DNA of 64,000 nt from Octopus sinensis (lineage: Eukaryota), in the NCBI RefSeq assembly GCF_006345805.1, contig NW_021834370.1:1-64000 (forward strand), in the 5' to 3' direction. Below are positions 51,834 to 63,955 of the stretch, one piece after another (within the stretch, counting starts at the first letter, position 1; each line of letters opens with the position of its first letter). The translations under genes were made by a program, and so were the position numbers. The notes beneath the pieces are model-generated. The model did no database searches and was not told the origin of the DNA. It saw only the letters and a list, made by a program, of their open reading frames with translations.

Positions 51834-52606
51834 GTAAGTAGAGGTTTTCTCTCTCTCTCTCATTTTTCCATCTCTCTATATTTCTCTCCCCCTCTCTTTC
51901 TCCCCTTCCTCTCTCCCACCCCCATCCTCTATCTCTCTTTGCCTTCCTTCCTCCCTCCTCTCTCCCTTCCTCTCATCACCATCATCACCATCGACACCAC
52001 CCACCACCATCACCACCACCACCATCACCACCACCACCATCACCACCACCACCTCCACTACCACCACCTCCACCACCACAACCACCACCATCACCACCAC
52101 CACCATCACCACCATCCTCCACATGACTATTCCCCACCACCGCCACCATCAACACCATCCCTCGCAGAACCACCTTTGTTGTTGCTGTTGTAGCTGCCAA
52201 CCATGACCTCCCAGTCAGCTATCCCTCATGTCATCGCCTCCACAATCGTTGACATTATTGCGTTGCCATGTCGACCCTAACACTATCACTCCCAAAGCTG
52301 TAGCTACCCCCTATCACCATATATAACCGCCCACAACCCACGTCCCAAACACCCCCCCACCACCACAACCACTAACATCACCACCACAACCATCATTGCA
52401 TCCACCACAATGACCACCACTACCAACTGCTGCCACCACCACCATCATCATCATCATCATCATCGTAAGATAGTATCTTGTCCAGCCTTGTTTCTCCCAC
52501 CGCTCGACCCGCCCCCACCCAACACACACCCCTACATCACAGCCGAAATGTTCTGCCTCGGTCAGTGTCCACCACGAATCCGCAACCACCTCTTACTACT
52601 TTCCAG

Positions 52607-52780
52607 GAGTCCATCAACAGGTGAAAGCCATCACGTTCAAGTCCCGTGAGTCGTACCTGCAGTCACCAGCCTGGACATATGAAGACCTCCACTTCTCATT
52701 CCGCACTTTCAACGACCAGGCCCTCCTTGTCTACCAGACCGACGGCAACGGAAGCCACATTGTCATTAAGTTGGAATCAG
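52607..52780 (+). CDS. axo: Exon 14: start of LamG
   Basis: ttccag|GA...TCAG|gtgagt; AITFKSRESYL...LHFSFRT...ALLVY; 174 nt, phase 1-1. Confidence 0.9.
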
Positions 52781-52872
52781 GTGAGTTGCACATTTCCATT
52801 ACTTTCTGTTTTTACTTTTTTTCTGTGGTGATGGTCATGGTTTGTTTGTTAGAGACTGTGCCATTAGCACCA

Positions 52873-54195
52873 ATACCTATTTCTTTACTAGCCACAAGGG
52901 GCAAAATACACAGAGAGGACAAACAGGGACAGACAAATGGATTAAGTCGATTATATCGACCCCAGTGCGTAACTGGTACTTATTTAATTGACAATGAAAG
53001 GATGAAAGGCAAAGTTGACCTCGGCTGAATTTGAACTCAGAACATAGCGGCAGACGAAATACCTATTTCTTTACTACCCACAAGGGGCTAAGCACGGAGG
53101 GGACAAACAAGGACAGACAAGCGGATTAAGTCGATTACATTTCCCCCAGAGCGTAACTGGTACTTAATTTATCGACCTCGAAAGGATGAAAGGCAAAGTC
53201 GACCTCGGCGGAATTTGAACTCAGAACGTAGCGGCAGACAAAATACCTATTTCTTTACTACCCACAAGAGGCTAAACACAGAGGGGACAAACAGGGACAG
53301 ACAAATGGATTAAGTCGATTATATCGACCCCAGTGCGTAACTGGTACTTATTTAATCGATCCTGAAAGGATGAAAGGCAAAGTCGACCTCGGCGGAATTT
53401 GAACTCAGAACGTAGCGGCAGACGAAATACCTATTTCTTTACTAGCCACAAGGGGCAAAATACACAGAGAGGACAAACAGGGACAGACAAACGGATAAGT
53501 CGATTATATCGACCCCAGTGCGTAACTGGTACTTATTAATCGACCCCGAAAGGATGAAAGGCAAAGTCGACCTCGGCGGAATTTGAACTCAGAACATAGC
53601 CGTAGACAAAATACCTATTTCTTTACTACCCACAAGGAGCTAAACACAGAGAGGACAAACGGATTAAGTCGATTATATCGACCCCAGTGCGTAACTGGTA
53701 CTTATTTAATCGACCCCGAAAGGATGAAAGGCAAAGTCGACCTCGGCGGAATTTGAACTCTGAACGTAACGGCAGACGAAATACCTATTTCTTTATAACC
53801 CACAAGGGGCTAAACACGGAGGGGACAAACAAGGACAGACAAACGGATTAAGTCGATTACATCGACCCCAGTGCGTAACTGGTACTTATTTAATCGATCC
53901 TGAAAGGATGAAAGGCAAAGTCGACCTCGGCAGAATTTGAACTCAGAACGTAGTGGCAGACGAAATACCTATTTCTTTACTACCCACAAGGGGCTAAACA
54001 CAGAGAGGACAAACAAGGACAGACAAATGAATTAAGTCGATTATATCGACCCTAGTGTGTAACTGGTACTTATTTAATTGACCCCGAAAGGATGAAAGGC
54101 AAAGTCGACCTCGACGGAATTTGAACTCAGAACGTAGCAGCAGACGAAGTACCGCTTAGCATTTCGCCTGATGTGCTAACCCTTCTGCCAGCCTT
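52873..54195 (-). mobile_element. SINE family E: one head plus seven tandem ~184-bp bodies
   Basis: atacctatttcttta recurs at about 52874, 53060, 53244, 53428, 53612, 53782 and 53966; head at about 54150-54195. Confidence 0.88.
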
Positions 54196-54472
54196 CCGTC
54201 TGCGGCCAATACCATCCCTAACCTTTGCCACCATTGAAAGCATGCCATTAACATTACACACACACACACACACATACATACACACACACACATACACACA
54301 CACATACATACACATACATACACACACACACACACACATACATACACACACACACACATACACTCACACACACAGACACACACATACATACACACACACA
54401 CATACATACATACACACACATACACACACACACATACATACACACACACACACACACCACACACACACACAC

Positions 54473-54509
<37 letters not shown>

Positions 54510-54829
54510 ACAGTGCTTGACCTCATCAAAGAACACATCAGTAAGGGTCAGCCCAAAAGCTCATTGGCTGACTAAGATACCCTTCAGAAATGTGACCAGA
54601 TGGGGTTATTTTTCAACACCCTCCCCCATGCTGTGCATACATTTCTTCCATTGGTGTCACGGTGCTTAAATCCCGTTGGTGAAGAAGCACTCATCCTGTT
54701 GGTCGAAGAAGTCATCAACAGCAGACATGACATCATCGTCCCTGCGATACTGGTTCTCAGCCAATTACTTTTCCCTTTTTCCAGGCGGCCCGGGTTCGAT
54801 TCCCGGCATGGGAACGTCTTTCTTCACCA

Positions 54830-55117
54830 TCCGAACGTGGCCGATGCCAGTGCCGCCTCGACTGGCTTCCGTGCCGGTGGCACGTTAAAAGCACCAACCG
54901 ATCGTGGCCGATGTCAGACTCCTCTGGCACCTGTGCCAGTGGCACGTAAAAAGCACCCACTACTCTCGTGGAGTGGTTGGCGTTAAGAAGGGCATCCAGC
55001 TGTAGAAACACTGCCAGATCAGACTGGAGCCTGGTGCAGCCCCTGGCTTCCCAGACCCCGGTCGAACCGTCCAACCCGTGCTAGCGCGGAAAACGGATGT
55101 TAAACGATGATGATGAT
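54830..55117 (+). mobile_element. RTE 3' UTR fragment (family D)
   Basis: Matches 810-1142. Confidence 0.8.
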
Positions 55118-55417
55118 AGTTAAATGGGGGTCAAAGCAGGAGAAAAGGGACAGCGGTCAACCACTTCAAAGCCACAGTCATGCAAAGAAGCCATTGAAAC
55201 AGGGGACTTGTGTGCTAGAGCATTGTCCCTTTACATCAGTTTTCCTGGGCTTTTGGTCTTGATGGCCTTTCTCAATTCCCTCAGCAAAGTGGCGGAGTAC
55301 TCTCCATTGATAATGTGGCCCTTTTGAAGATAGCCAATAAGCACAACTAAAAAGAATGCACAACCTCACCCTAATGCACCCCCCAGGACTTAAATCCAGC
55401 AATTGTCTTATTTTCAG

Positions 55418-55646
55418 GTAACACCATCAAGTTTGAGGCATTGCTCGGTAAAAACCTCACTGAAATCACCCTGCGGTCTGACACTCGAGTGGACGATGGC
55501 CAGTGGCACATTGTGAAACTCGAGCACGACAACTACAACATTCGTATGACATTTGGAATGAAGAGAGAACTGCGAAAATTTACCTCTAAATTGTTGAGCG
55601 TGTTTCCTTCAGATGTCTACATGTATATTGGTGGAGCACCATCTGA
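55418..55646 (+). CDS. axo: Exon 15: LamG
   Basis: tttcag|GT...GA|gtaagt; VDDGQWHIVKLE...MYIGG; 229 nt, phase 1-2. Confidence 0.92.
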
Positions 55647-55689
55647 GTAAGTAACCTGCCCTATTGGTGTTGATACTATTGTTGTGTTG

Positions 55690-56590
55690 TTGTTTTTGTT
55701 TAACCCTAGGTCAGTACTGATCCAGTAGACCTATCATCAAAGATATTCCAGCTGTGACCATCCTGTCTCTTATTCAGACATGATGATGATGATGTATCTA
55801 GGACTACGTGATGTTTTTGTTTAACCCTAGGTCAGTACTGATCCAGTAGACCTATCATCAAAGATATTCCAGCTGTGACCATCCTGTCTCTTATTCAGAC
55901 ATGATGATGATGATGTATCTAGGACTACGTGATGTTTTTGTTTAACCCTAGGTCAGTCCTGATCCAGCAGACCTATCATCAAAGATATTCCAGCTGTGAC
56001 CATCCTGTCTCTTATTCAGACATGATGATGATGATGTATCTAGGACTACGTGATGTTTTTGTTTAACCTAGGTCAGTCCTGATCCAGCAGACCTATCATC
56101 AAAATATTCCAGCTGTGACCATCCTGTCTCTTATTCAGACATGATGATGATGATGTATCTAGGACTACGTGATGTTTTTGTTTAACCCTAGGTCAGTCCT
56201 GATCCAGCAGACCTATCATCAAAGATATTCCAGCTGTGACCATCCTGTCTCTTATTCAGACATGATGATGATGATGTATCTAGGACTACGTGATGTTTTT
56301 GTTTAACCCTAGGTCAGTCCTGATCCAGCAGGCCTATGATCAAAGATGTTCCAGCTCTGACCATCCTGTCTTTTATTATTCATGCATAGTGTATCTAAGA
56401 CTACATGATTTAATGTGCCCATCCTTGATGTTTTTGTTTAACCCTAGGTCAGTCCTGATCCAGCAGATCTATGATCAAAGATATTCCAGCTGTGACCATC
56501 CTGTCTCTTATTATTCAGACATAGTGTATCTAGGACTACACTATTTAATGTACCTTTCCTTATTGTTTAGTCCCAGGTCAGTCCCATGTC
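55690..56590 (+). repeat. 119-bp minisatellite, ~7.5 units
   Basis: aaccctaggtcagt...gacctatcatcaaagatattccagctgtgaccatcc repeated. Confidence 0.9.
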
Positions 56591-56843
56591 AAAGAAGGGG
56601 TTGTATAAACTACTGTTTTATACAAGCATCTGATTCCCCCCCCCCCACTATTTCTCCCATAATGACTTAAACTCATTCATGGCATTTTCAAGTGTTCATC
56701 GGTCAGTTTCAGATGTGACTGTAGGTGAGAGTTAGGGTTAGGGCACTCTGATGTAACCCTAAATGTTGAATCCTTAAAGTTCGCACACATATGTTGCACT
56801 GTCCCCTAACTATTCTATTTTCTGTCTCCTCTTCTTTTTGTAG

Positions 56844-56942
56844 CCTCAAGCATGTAGCAACGCTACCAGGTCTGGCCGGATGCATTAGGGATCTCGTCTA
56901 CAACAACCAGATTGTTAAATTGGATCTGCCAGGAATACAAAG
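56844..56942 (+). CDS. axo: Exon 16: LamG end
   Basis: ttgtag|C...AG|gtgagt; GLAGCIRDLVYNNQIVKL; 99 nt, phase 2-2. Confidence 0.9.
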
Positions 56943-56966
56943 GTGAGTTATCTCCACCTAATAATA

Positions 56967-57248
56967 ATATGGGAAACTACCACCTGTGTCATCTCTTGTG
57001 AAAGGTAGGAGAGTCCAGTTTGCTGGACGTTGTTGTAGAGCTGAAAACGAGGTAATTTCTATTTTTCTCCTCTGGAAGCCATCTACTCGCAACACCAGGG
57101 GGCACACACTCTCCTACCCTGATGTAATCTCCAGGGATACAGGCATCCAGCAACAGGACCTCCGTAATGCTATGATGGACCGTGAAGTCTGGCGTAGCAT
57201 GGTAAATTCCATTGTCTCGACCACGGTCGAACAATGATGATGATAATG

Positions 57249-57281
<33 letters not shown>

Positions 57282-57946
57282 CATACATATCATCTCTTGT
57301 GAAAGGTAGAAGAGTCCAGTTTGCTGGACATTGTTGTAGAGCTGAAAACGAGGTAATTTCTTCTCTTCTCCTCTGGATGCCATCTGCTCGCGATACCAGA
57401 GGACGTACACTCTCCTACCCTGATGTAATCTCCAGGGATACAGGCATCCAGCAACAGGACCTCCGTAATGCTATGATGGACCGTGAAGTCTGGCGTAGCA
57501 TGGTAAATTCCATTGTCTCGACCACGGTCGAACAATGATGATATATATATATATATATTGACTGGCCTGGTGCAGCCTTCGGGCTCCCCAGACCCCAGTT
57601 AAACCGTCCAACCCATGCTAGCATGGAAAGCGGACGTTAAACGATGATGATGATGAATATATATATATATTTATATAATACATACATACATATCATCTCT
57701 TGTGAAAGGTAAGAGAGTCCAGTTTGCTGGACATTGTTGTAGAGCTGAAAGCAAGGCAATTTCTACTCTTCTCCTCTGGAAGCCATCTACTCGCAACACC
57801 AGAGGGCGCACACTCTCCTACCCTGATGTAATCTCCAGGGATACAGGCATCCAGCAACAGGACTTCTGTAATGCTATGATGGACCGTGAAGTCTGGCGTA
57901 GCATGGTAAATTCCATTGTCTCGACCACGGTCAAACAATGATGATG
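56967..57946 (+). mobile_element. Three tandem 3' fragments of the RTE family seen at 46054
   Basis: SSLVKGRRVQF...STTVEQ* at 56967-57249, 57289-57541 and 57691-57946. Confidence 0.85.
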
Positions 57947-57984
57947 AATAATAATAATGGCTTCAAATTTTGCCACAAGTTGAT

Positions 57985-59116
57985 AGCTTCCGTTACCTAG
58001 GTAACCAAGTCAGTAGTGAGGGTGGATGCTCTGAGAGTGTAGCTGCTAGAATAAGTATAGACTGGGTAAAATTCAGAGAACTCCTACCTCTGCTTAGTGA
58101 CAAAAGGCCTCTCGCTCAGAGTAAAAGGCAGACTGTATGATCCACATGTACGAACAGTCATGCTACATGGCAGTGAAATATGGGCCGTGACTGCTGAGGA
58201 CATGCGTAAGCTCGCAAGAAATGAAGCCAGTATGCTCCGATGGATGTGTAATGTCAGTGTGTATACACGACAAAGTGTAAGTGCCCTGAGAGAAAAGTTG
58301 GAGTTAAGAAGCATCAGATGTGGTGTGCAAGAGAGACGACTGCGCTGGTATGGTCATGTAGTGAGAATGGATGAGGATAGCTGTGTGAAAAAGTGTCTCA
58401 CCCTACCAGTTGAGGGAACCTGTGGAAGAGGAAGGCCCAGGAAAACCTAGGACGAGGTGGTGAAGCACAACCTTCAAATGTTGGGCCTCACAGAGGCTAT
58501 AGCAAGTGACAGAGGCCTTTGGAGATATGCTGTGCTTGAGAAGACCTGGCAAGCTGAGACCGTAACCGTGGCCTATGCCAGTGCAGCAAAACCAGCCCAT
58601 TTAAAAGTACCCTTCAATCATTGGGCAATAAACTGCGCTTGTGAGGTCATGTTGAGTCAACTGAAGTCATTGACGTGGCTGATGACAGTACCACCTGATT
58701 GGCATCTATGCCGGTGGCACATAAAAAGATCCATTTGAGCATGGTCGATGCCAGTACCGCCTGACTAGCTCCCATGCCAGTGGCATGTAAAAAGCTTCAT
58801 TCAAGCGTGGTTGATACCTATTTCTTTACTACCCACAAGGGGCTAAACACAGAGGGGACAAACAAGGACAGACAAAGGGATTAAGTCGATTAGATCGAAC
58901 CCAATGCCAGCCTCCTCTTGCCTCTGTGCTGGTGGCACATAAAAAGCACCCACTACACTCACGGAGTAGTTGACGTTTAGGAAGGGCATCCAGCTGTAGA
59001 AACACTGCCAGATCAGACTGGAGTCTGGTGCAGCCTTCTGGCTTCCCAGACCCCGGTTGAACCGTCCAACCCATGCTAGCATGGAAAGCAGACGTTAAAC
59101 GATGATGATGATGATG
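57985..59116 (+). mobile_element. 5'-truncated RTE-clade LINE (ORF C-terminus plus the family D 3' UTR)
   Basis: FRYLG...KGRLY...MLHGSEIW...MLRWMC...RRLRWYGHV...RGRPRKT*...DRGLWR; UTR ends AAACGATGATG; SINE E fragment nested at ~58816-58895. Confidence 0.88.
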
Positions 59117-59120
59117 AATG

Positions 59121-59468
59121 TGAAGGCACATGGCTCAGTGGTTAGATCATCAGACTCACAATAATGAGGTAGTGAGTTTGATTCCTGGACTGAGCTGCGT
59201 GTTGTGTTCTTGAGCAAGGCACTTTATTTCACGTTGCTCCAGCTCTCTCAGCTGCAGAAATGAGTTGCAATGTCACAGGTACCAAACTGTATCAGTGTTT
59301 GTTTTACCCTTGGATAACATCGGTGGCATGGAGAAGGGAGGCTGGTATGCATGGGTGACAGATGCTCTTCCATAAACAACCTTGCCCGGACTTGTGTCTC
59401 GGAGCGGAACTTCCCATGTGCAACCCTATGGTCAGTCATGACCGAAGGGGGTCATTACCCTTTACCCT
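59121..59468 (+). mobile_element. SINE family C (diverged)
   Basis: Matches the reverse complement of 43039-43374. Confidence 0.8.
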
Positions 59469-59599
59469 TCATTTACACATATATAGTATGAGCATCTGCA
59501 AATGTATATATGTACTTACACACACGTAAAATGTGTGTATAAATATATACATCTTCTTTATGACTATATGCAGAGTGTGGTCAATAAATTGTCTAAATT

Positions 59600-60260
59600 A
59601 CACAAATTTGAAAATGACACAGATGTATAGATCAAAGTTACATAAATATATCTTGAAATACTAATGAGTAAATTTATTCAATAAAACCACAATTGGCTCC
59701 AACCATGGCCTCAAGATACTCTTCTGGATGGTCTCCTTGTTTAAATGGTGAATGGTACTATGACTCTTGTCTTCAGTTCATCTTTGGTGTTAGAAAAGGA
59801 GTTTTGTTGGTCTCTCGCTCAGCTGGTCTCCACACATTATAATCAAGGAGGTTGCTGTCTGGGGATTTAGGGGTGATGTGGTTGCAGAAATTGTCTGACA
59901 CCCATGACTGGGTTCTCCTGCTCGTGTGGCATGGTGCAGACACCTGTTGCCAGACATACGGTCTTCCAGCAGTCACCTTCTTCAGGCACTTGGTGTGGGC
60001 TTCCGTGTTGAGTCTGGGCCTATGTAGGAAGATGAATGGAAGAAAAATGTCACCATCACTAGTGATCACCCCCAAACACCATGATGTTGACTGGATGTTT
60101 AAGATGTATCCTTCTTGGTACCTGTCCTAAGACTGACACCCAAACACTCCGAAATATTCCTATTGGGTCTTCTGCTGTGAATGCCAAGCAATACAGCATG
60201 TCGTTTCCAAATTTCTGGCAGAGTGAATTGTATCATGGTACTGTTTTTCTCACAAATGGT
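59600..60260 (-). mobile_element. Degenerate Tc1/mariner (maT/DD37D-like) transposase remnant
   Basis: GVITSDGD...YVWQQVSAPCHT...TQSW...SPDSNLLDYNVW. Confidence 0.75.
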
Positions 60261-60280
60261 GCCCCACTGACCCGACTATT

Positions 60281-60665
60281 AGGAGCACTCCGTCGGTTAC
60301 GACGACGAGGGTCCCAGTTGATACGATCAACAGAACAGCTTGCTCGTGGAATTAACGTGCAAGTGGCTGAGCACTCCACAGACACGTGTACCCTTAACGT
60401 AGTTCTCGAGGAGATTCAGCGTGACACAGAGAGTGACAAGGCCGTCCCCTTGAAATACAGGTACAACAGAAACAGGAAGAAAGAGTGAGAGAAAGTTGTG
60501 GTGAAAGAGTACAGCAGGGTTCACCACCACCCCCTGCAGGAGCCTCGTGAAGCTTTTTAGGTGTTTTCGCTCAATAAACACTCACAATGCCCGGTCTGGG
60601 AATCGAAACCGCGATCCTACGACCGCGCGTCCGCTGCCCTAACCACTGGGCCATTGCGCCTCCAC
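60281..60665 (-). mobile_element. SINE family A
   Basis: Reverse full-length copy; TSD tgaccc(g/t)acta. Confidence 0.88.
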
Positions 60666-60860
60666 TGACCCTACTAGACTGTGTAGATAACATAATCAAA
60701 AACAATGAGCATGCACAAAATGAAAAATATAGAATAGCGAGAATTTACCCATCGTACTCTGTATATCCATTGTATATACCCTGTGTATATACCCTGTGTT
60801 TCACAATCATTTTTTATAATTATTTATATTTATTCTTTATTTTCTCTCTGTCGTTTGTAG

Positions 60861-61003
60861 AGTTGGTGAAATCTACCCTGGTTGCATTGCAGCATGCGAA
60901 CGGGGACCCTGCCAGAATGGTGGACGATGCGTAGAGTTGTGGGGTAGCTACGACTGCATCTGTGAAAACAAGTGGTCCCATTTGGGCTTTGACTGTGACC
61001 AAA
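60861..61003 (+). CDS. axo: Exon 17: EGF-like domain
   Basis: ttgtag|A...A|gtaatt; GCIAACERGPCQNGGRCVELWGSYDCIC...GFDCD; 143 nt, phase 2-1. Confidence 0.92.
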
Positions 61004-61399
61004 GTAATTAAATATTTCAATTTATTTTCTTTTCTGTTTTTTTTTTTTTATGTGTTGTTCCTTTATCTCCCTCTTGGTTTTCATTTTCGGTTGGCACTGA
61101 ATGCTTATAGAAATCTAAACTTGGGTTCCGTCATCTTTATCTTCATCATCATCATCATCGTCGTCGTCATCATCATGATCACCATCAGCATCATCATTGT
61201 CGTCATCTTTGTCATCATTTTCATCATCTTCATCATCATCTTCATCATCATCATCATCATAATCAGCCTCATCATCATCATCATCATCTTTATCATCATC
61301 ATCATCATCGTCATCAGCATCAACATCATCTTCAACATCATCATCTCATCATCATCATCATCATCATCTTCTTCATCATCATCATCTTTATCATAATCA

Positions 61400-62015
61400 T
61401 GATTGTCGCATGCTGAGGACAGGTCGATACCTAGAAACTTCAGTCCGTACATATCACTTAGGTTGATAAGGGAAGGATGATCTCCCTTTGCAAATGCCAT
61501 AAGGGCACAGAAAGTGTGCCTATAGCCAGCTGGAGATGATGTTCTCCTGGGGCTACAAGCTACAGTAACACCCACCCTTAGTGGTTAGTCATATTGAGAT
61601 GGCAAAAATACCTCACATTGTCGTGAAGTTACTGTTTATATCTCGTTCGGAGATTTATTATTGCTTGCATACAGTTTTTCAAGATCAGTGATGAAAAGTT
61701 ACTGGAAAAACGATATAAGGATTTGCATTGGGACCCCTTTCATCGAAAACCGGTGATTGTCATACGCTGATGACAGGTCAATACCTAGAAACTGCAGTCC
61801 GTGCGTGCCACTTAGGTTGACGAGGGAAGGGTGACCTCCCTTTGCAAATACCATAAGTGCACAGAAAGTGTGCCTAAAGCCAGCTGGAGACGATGTTCTC
61901 CTGGGGCTACAAGCTACAGTAACACCCACCCGTAGTGGTTAGTCATATTGAGATGGCAAATATACCTCACATTGTCGTGCAGTTACTGTTTATACCTCGT
62001 TCAGAGATTTATTAT
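61400..62015 (+). repeat. Two direct copies of the ~260-bp unclassified repeat
   Basis: 61400-61660 and 61755-62015. Confidence 0.8.
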
Positions 62016-62037
62016 TTCTTTTTTTTTTCTTTTCCAG

Positions 62038-62289
62038 ATATTGACAAGGACACAGTGACCTTCACAGGGAAAGAGGACTCTTTCCTCTTCTTCGACAAGA
62101 CACAGCGACCCAGTGTCATGGACGAAACAATCGTGGTCAGTTTCCGCACAAGAAAGATGGATGCTCTCTTGCTCTATCTCTATGACAACTTTAACAACTT
62201 TGTCCAGCTGGAGCTACAGGAAGAGAAGAAAATCATCTTAACTTTTAACTCATTTTCCGATGTCCGCACTGGCGTACTCGAATATCCAG
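62038..62289 (+). CDS. axo: Exon 18: start of LamG
   Basis: ttccag|AT...CCAG|gtgact; VTFTG...IVVSFRT...ALLLYLYD...FVQLEL; 252 nt, phase 1-1. Confidence 0.92.
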
Positions 62290-62292
62290 GTG

Positions 62293-62343
<51 letters not shown>

Positions 62344-63239
62344 GCACACACATGCTAGTCTATGTTTGTATATATGTATGTATGTGTATATACTAATGTG
62401 ATTTTTAAGGTGTGATCAAAAATAAATATTTTCTTTGGTGCTCCAGCATGGCCGCAGTCAAATGACTGAAACAAGTAAAAGAATAAAAGAATAAAAGAAA
62501 GAATATTATTGATTATCTCCCCGTTTATTTCTGAGTTCTTTTCTGTCGAAGAGCATAGGTTCGAAACATTAAAGACTTTATCATTTCCCGAGCGTTAAAC
62601 TAATACATCTGTTTGTTGTTTACACTACTTGTCTTCATCTTTTGTTTTTTTGTAAATTCTCACTATATACATACATCTTTTGTTTATTTTCGTAAACCTT
62701 CCCGTTATATATATATATATATATATAGTCAATAATAAAAGGGTAAAACTAATTAATTATTAATTAATAATTTTACCTAGTTGTGTTCAGTATGTAAAAA
62801 GACCATTTACGGTATATTTAAAACATTACGTTATATAATTAGGGTTCAGTAAAATAATTTACTTTACCACATACCAAACTTTTAGAAATAGCAGCCAAAA
62901 AATTTTAGCTATTTCCTCTAGTTACGAGGTATAAACACGCCCAGTGCTTATCAAGAAGTGGTGAGGTACAAACACAAACAAAAAAAGACACACACACACA
63001 TCATTACGACCATAATTCATCGTTGTAATCATCATTTAACGCACATTTTCTATGCTGGCATGAGTTAGACAGTTGGATCAAAGCTGGCGAGCTGAAGAAA
63101 GCCGTACCAGGTTCCAGTCAGATTTGGGTTGGTTTCTACAGCTGGATGCCCTTCCTAGTGCCAACCACTTTACAGCACTTCTGATGTGGCACCATCACTA
63201 CTGCTTATTAAGTGGAACTTTGGTTTTCGGATCTCAGTT

Positions 63240-63745
63240 CTCTTGTGGTGGGCGAGTCTTCTTAAGTGTGGTGGACTGGGTCTTCTCGAGTGTGTGTGTG
63301 TGTGGGGGAATCTTCTTGGATGATGGGTGGGGTCTTCTCAAATGTGGTGGGCTGGGTCTTCTCAGGTGATGGGTGGGGTCTTCTTGAGCGTGGTGGTGAG
63401 GGGATCTTCTCGGGTGATGGGTGGGGTCTTCTCAAGTGTGGTGGGCTGGGTCTTCTTGAGTGTGCTGGGCTGGGTCTTCTCAGGTGATGGGTGGGATCTT
63501 CTTGAGTGTGGTGGGCTGAGTCTTCTTGGCTGATAGATGGGGTCTTCTTGAGTGTGTGTGTGTGTGTGGGGGGGAATCTTCTCGGGTGATGGGTGGGGTC
63601 TTCTCAAATGTGTTAGGCTGGGTCTTCTTGAGTGTGCTGGGCTGGGTCTTCTCAGGTGATGGATGCGATCTTCTTGAGTGTGGTGGGCTGGGTCTTCTTG
63701 GCTGATAGATGGGGTCTTCTCAAGTGTGGTGGGTGGGATCTTCTC
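63240..63745 (+). repeat. G/T-rich ~25-bp minisatellite
   Basis: gggtcttcttgagtgtggtgggct / gggtcttctcaggtgatgggtgg variants. Confidence 0.8.
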
Positions 63746-63817
63746 AAAACAATATTGAATTGTATTATCCTTGTTGTATTGTTCACCTTTCTTTCCTTCT
63801 TCTCCTTCTTCTTCCAG

Positions 63818-63955
63818 AAATCCTCAATGATGAAAACTGGCACCAAGTAATTGTGGAGAAAGTGAATAAAACCTACCGAATCCAGATTGGACAATCCAGT
63901 GTGGTGGTTTTCCATCTTCGACTCAAGAAAACAATGGAACCCTTAGAGAAAAAAG
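63818..63955 (+). CDS. axo: Exon 19: LamG (3' boundary uncertain)
   Basis: ttccag|AA; ILNDENWHQVIVEK. The donor AAG|gtgtct is weak; the frame stops at 63969 if not spliced. Confidence 0.8.

Larger units (their letters stand above)
1609..63955 (+). other. axo: Internal part of a multi-exon axotactin-like gene (neurexin superfamily, related to CASPR/Neurexin IV); 19 coding exons, 5' and 3' ends outside the window
   Basis: Spliced exons give one frame with order LamG-EGF-LamG-LamG-EGF-fibrinogen-like-LamG-EGF-LamG. CASPR/Nrx-IV have a discoidin domain before the LamG pair; here it is LamG-EGF, as in axotactin. Orthology is inferred, not tested. Confidence 0.8.

Noticed and set aside
52621-52780. 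Alternative acceptor caacag|GTG for exon 14
   Set aside because: 14 nt downstream of 52607 and out of phase with exon 13
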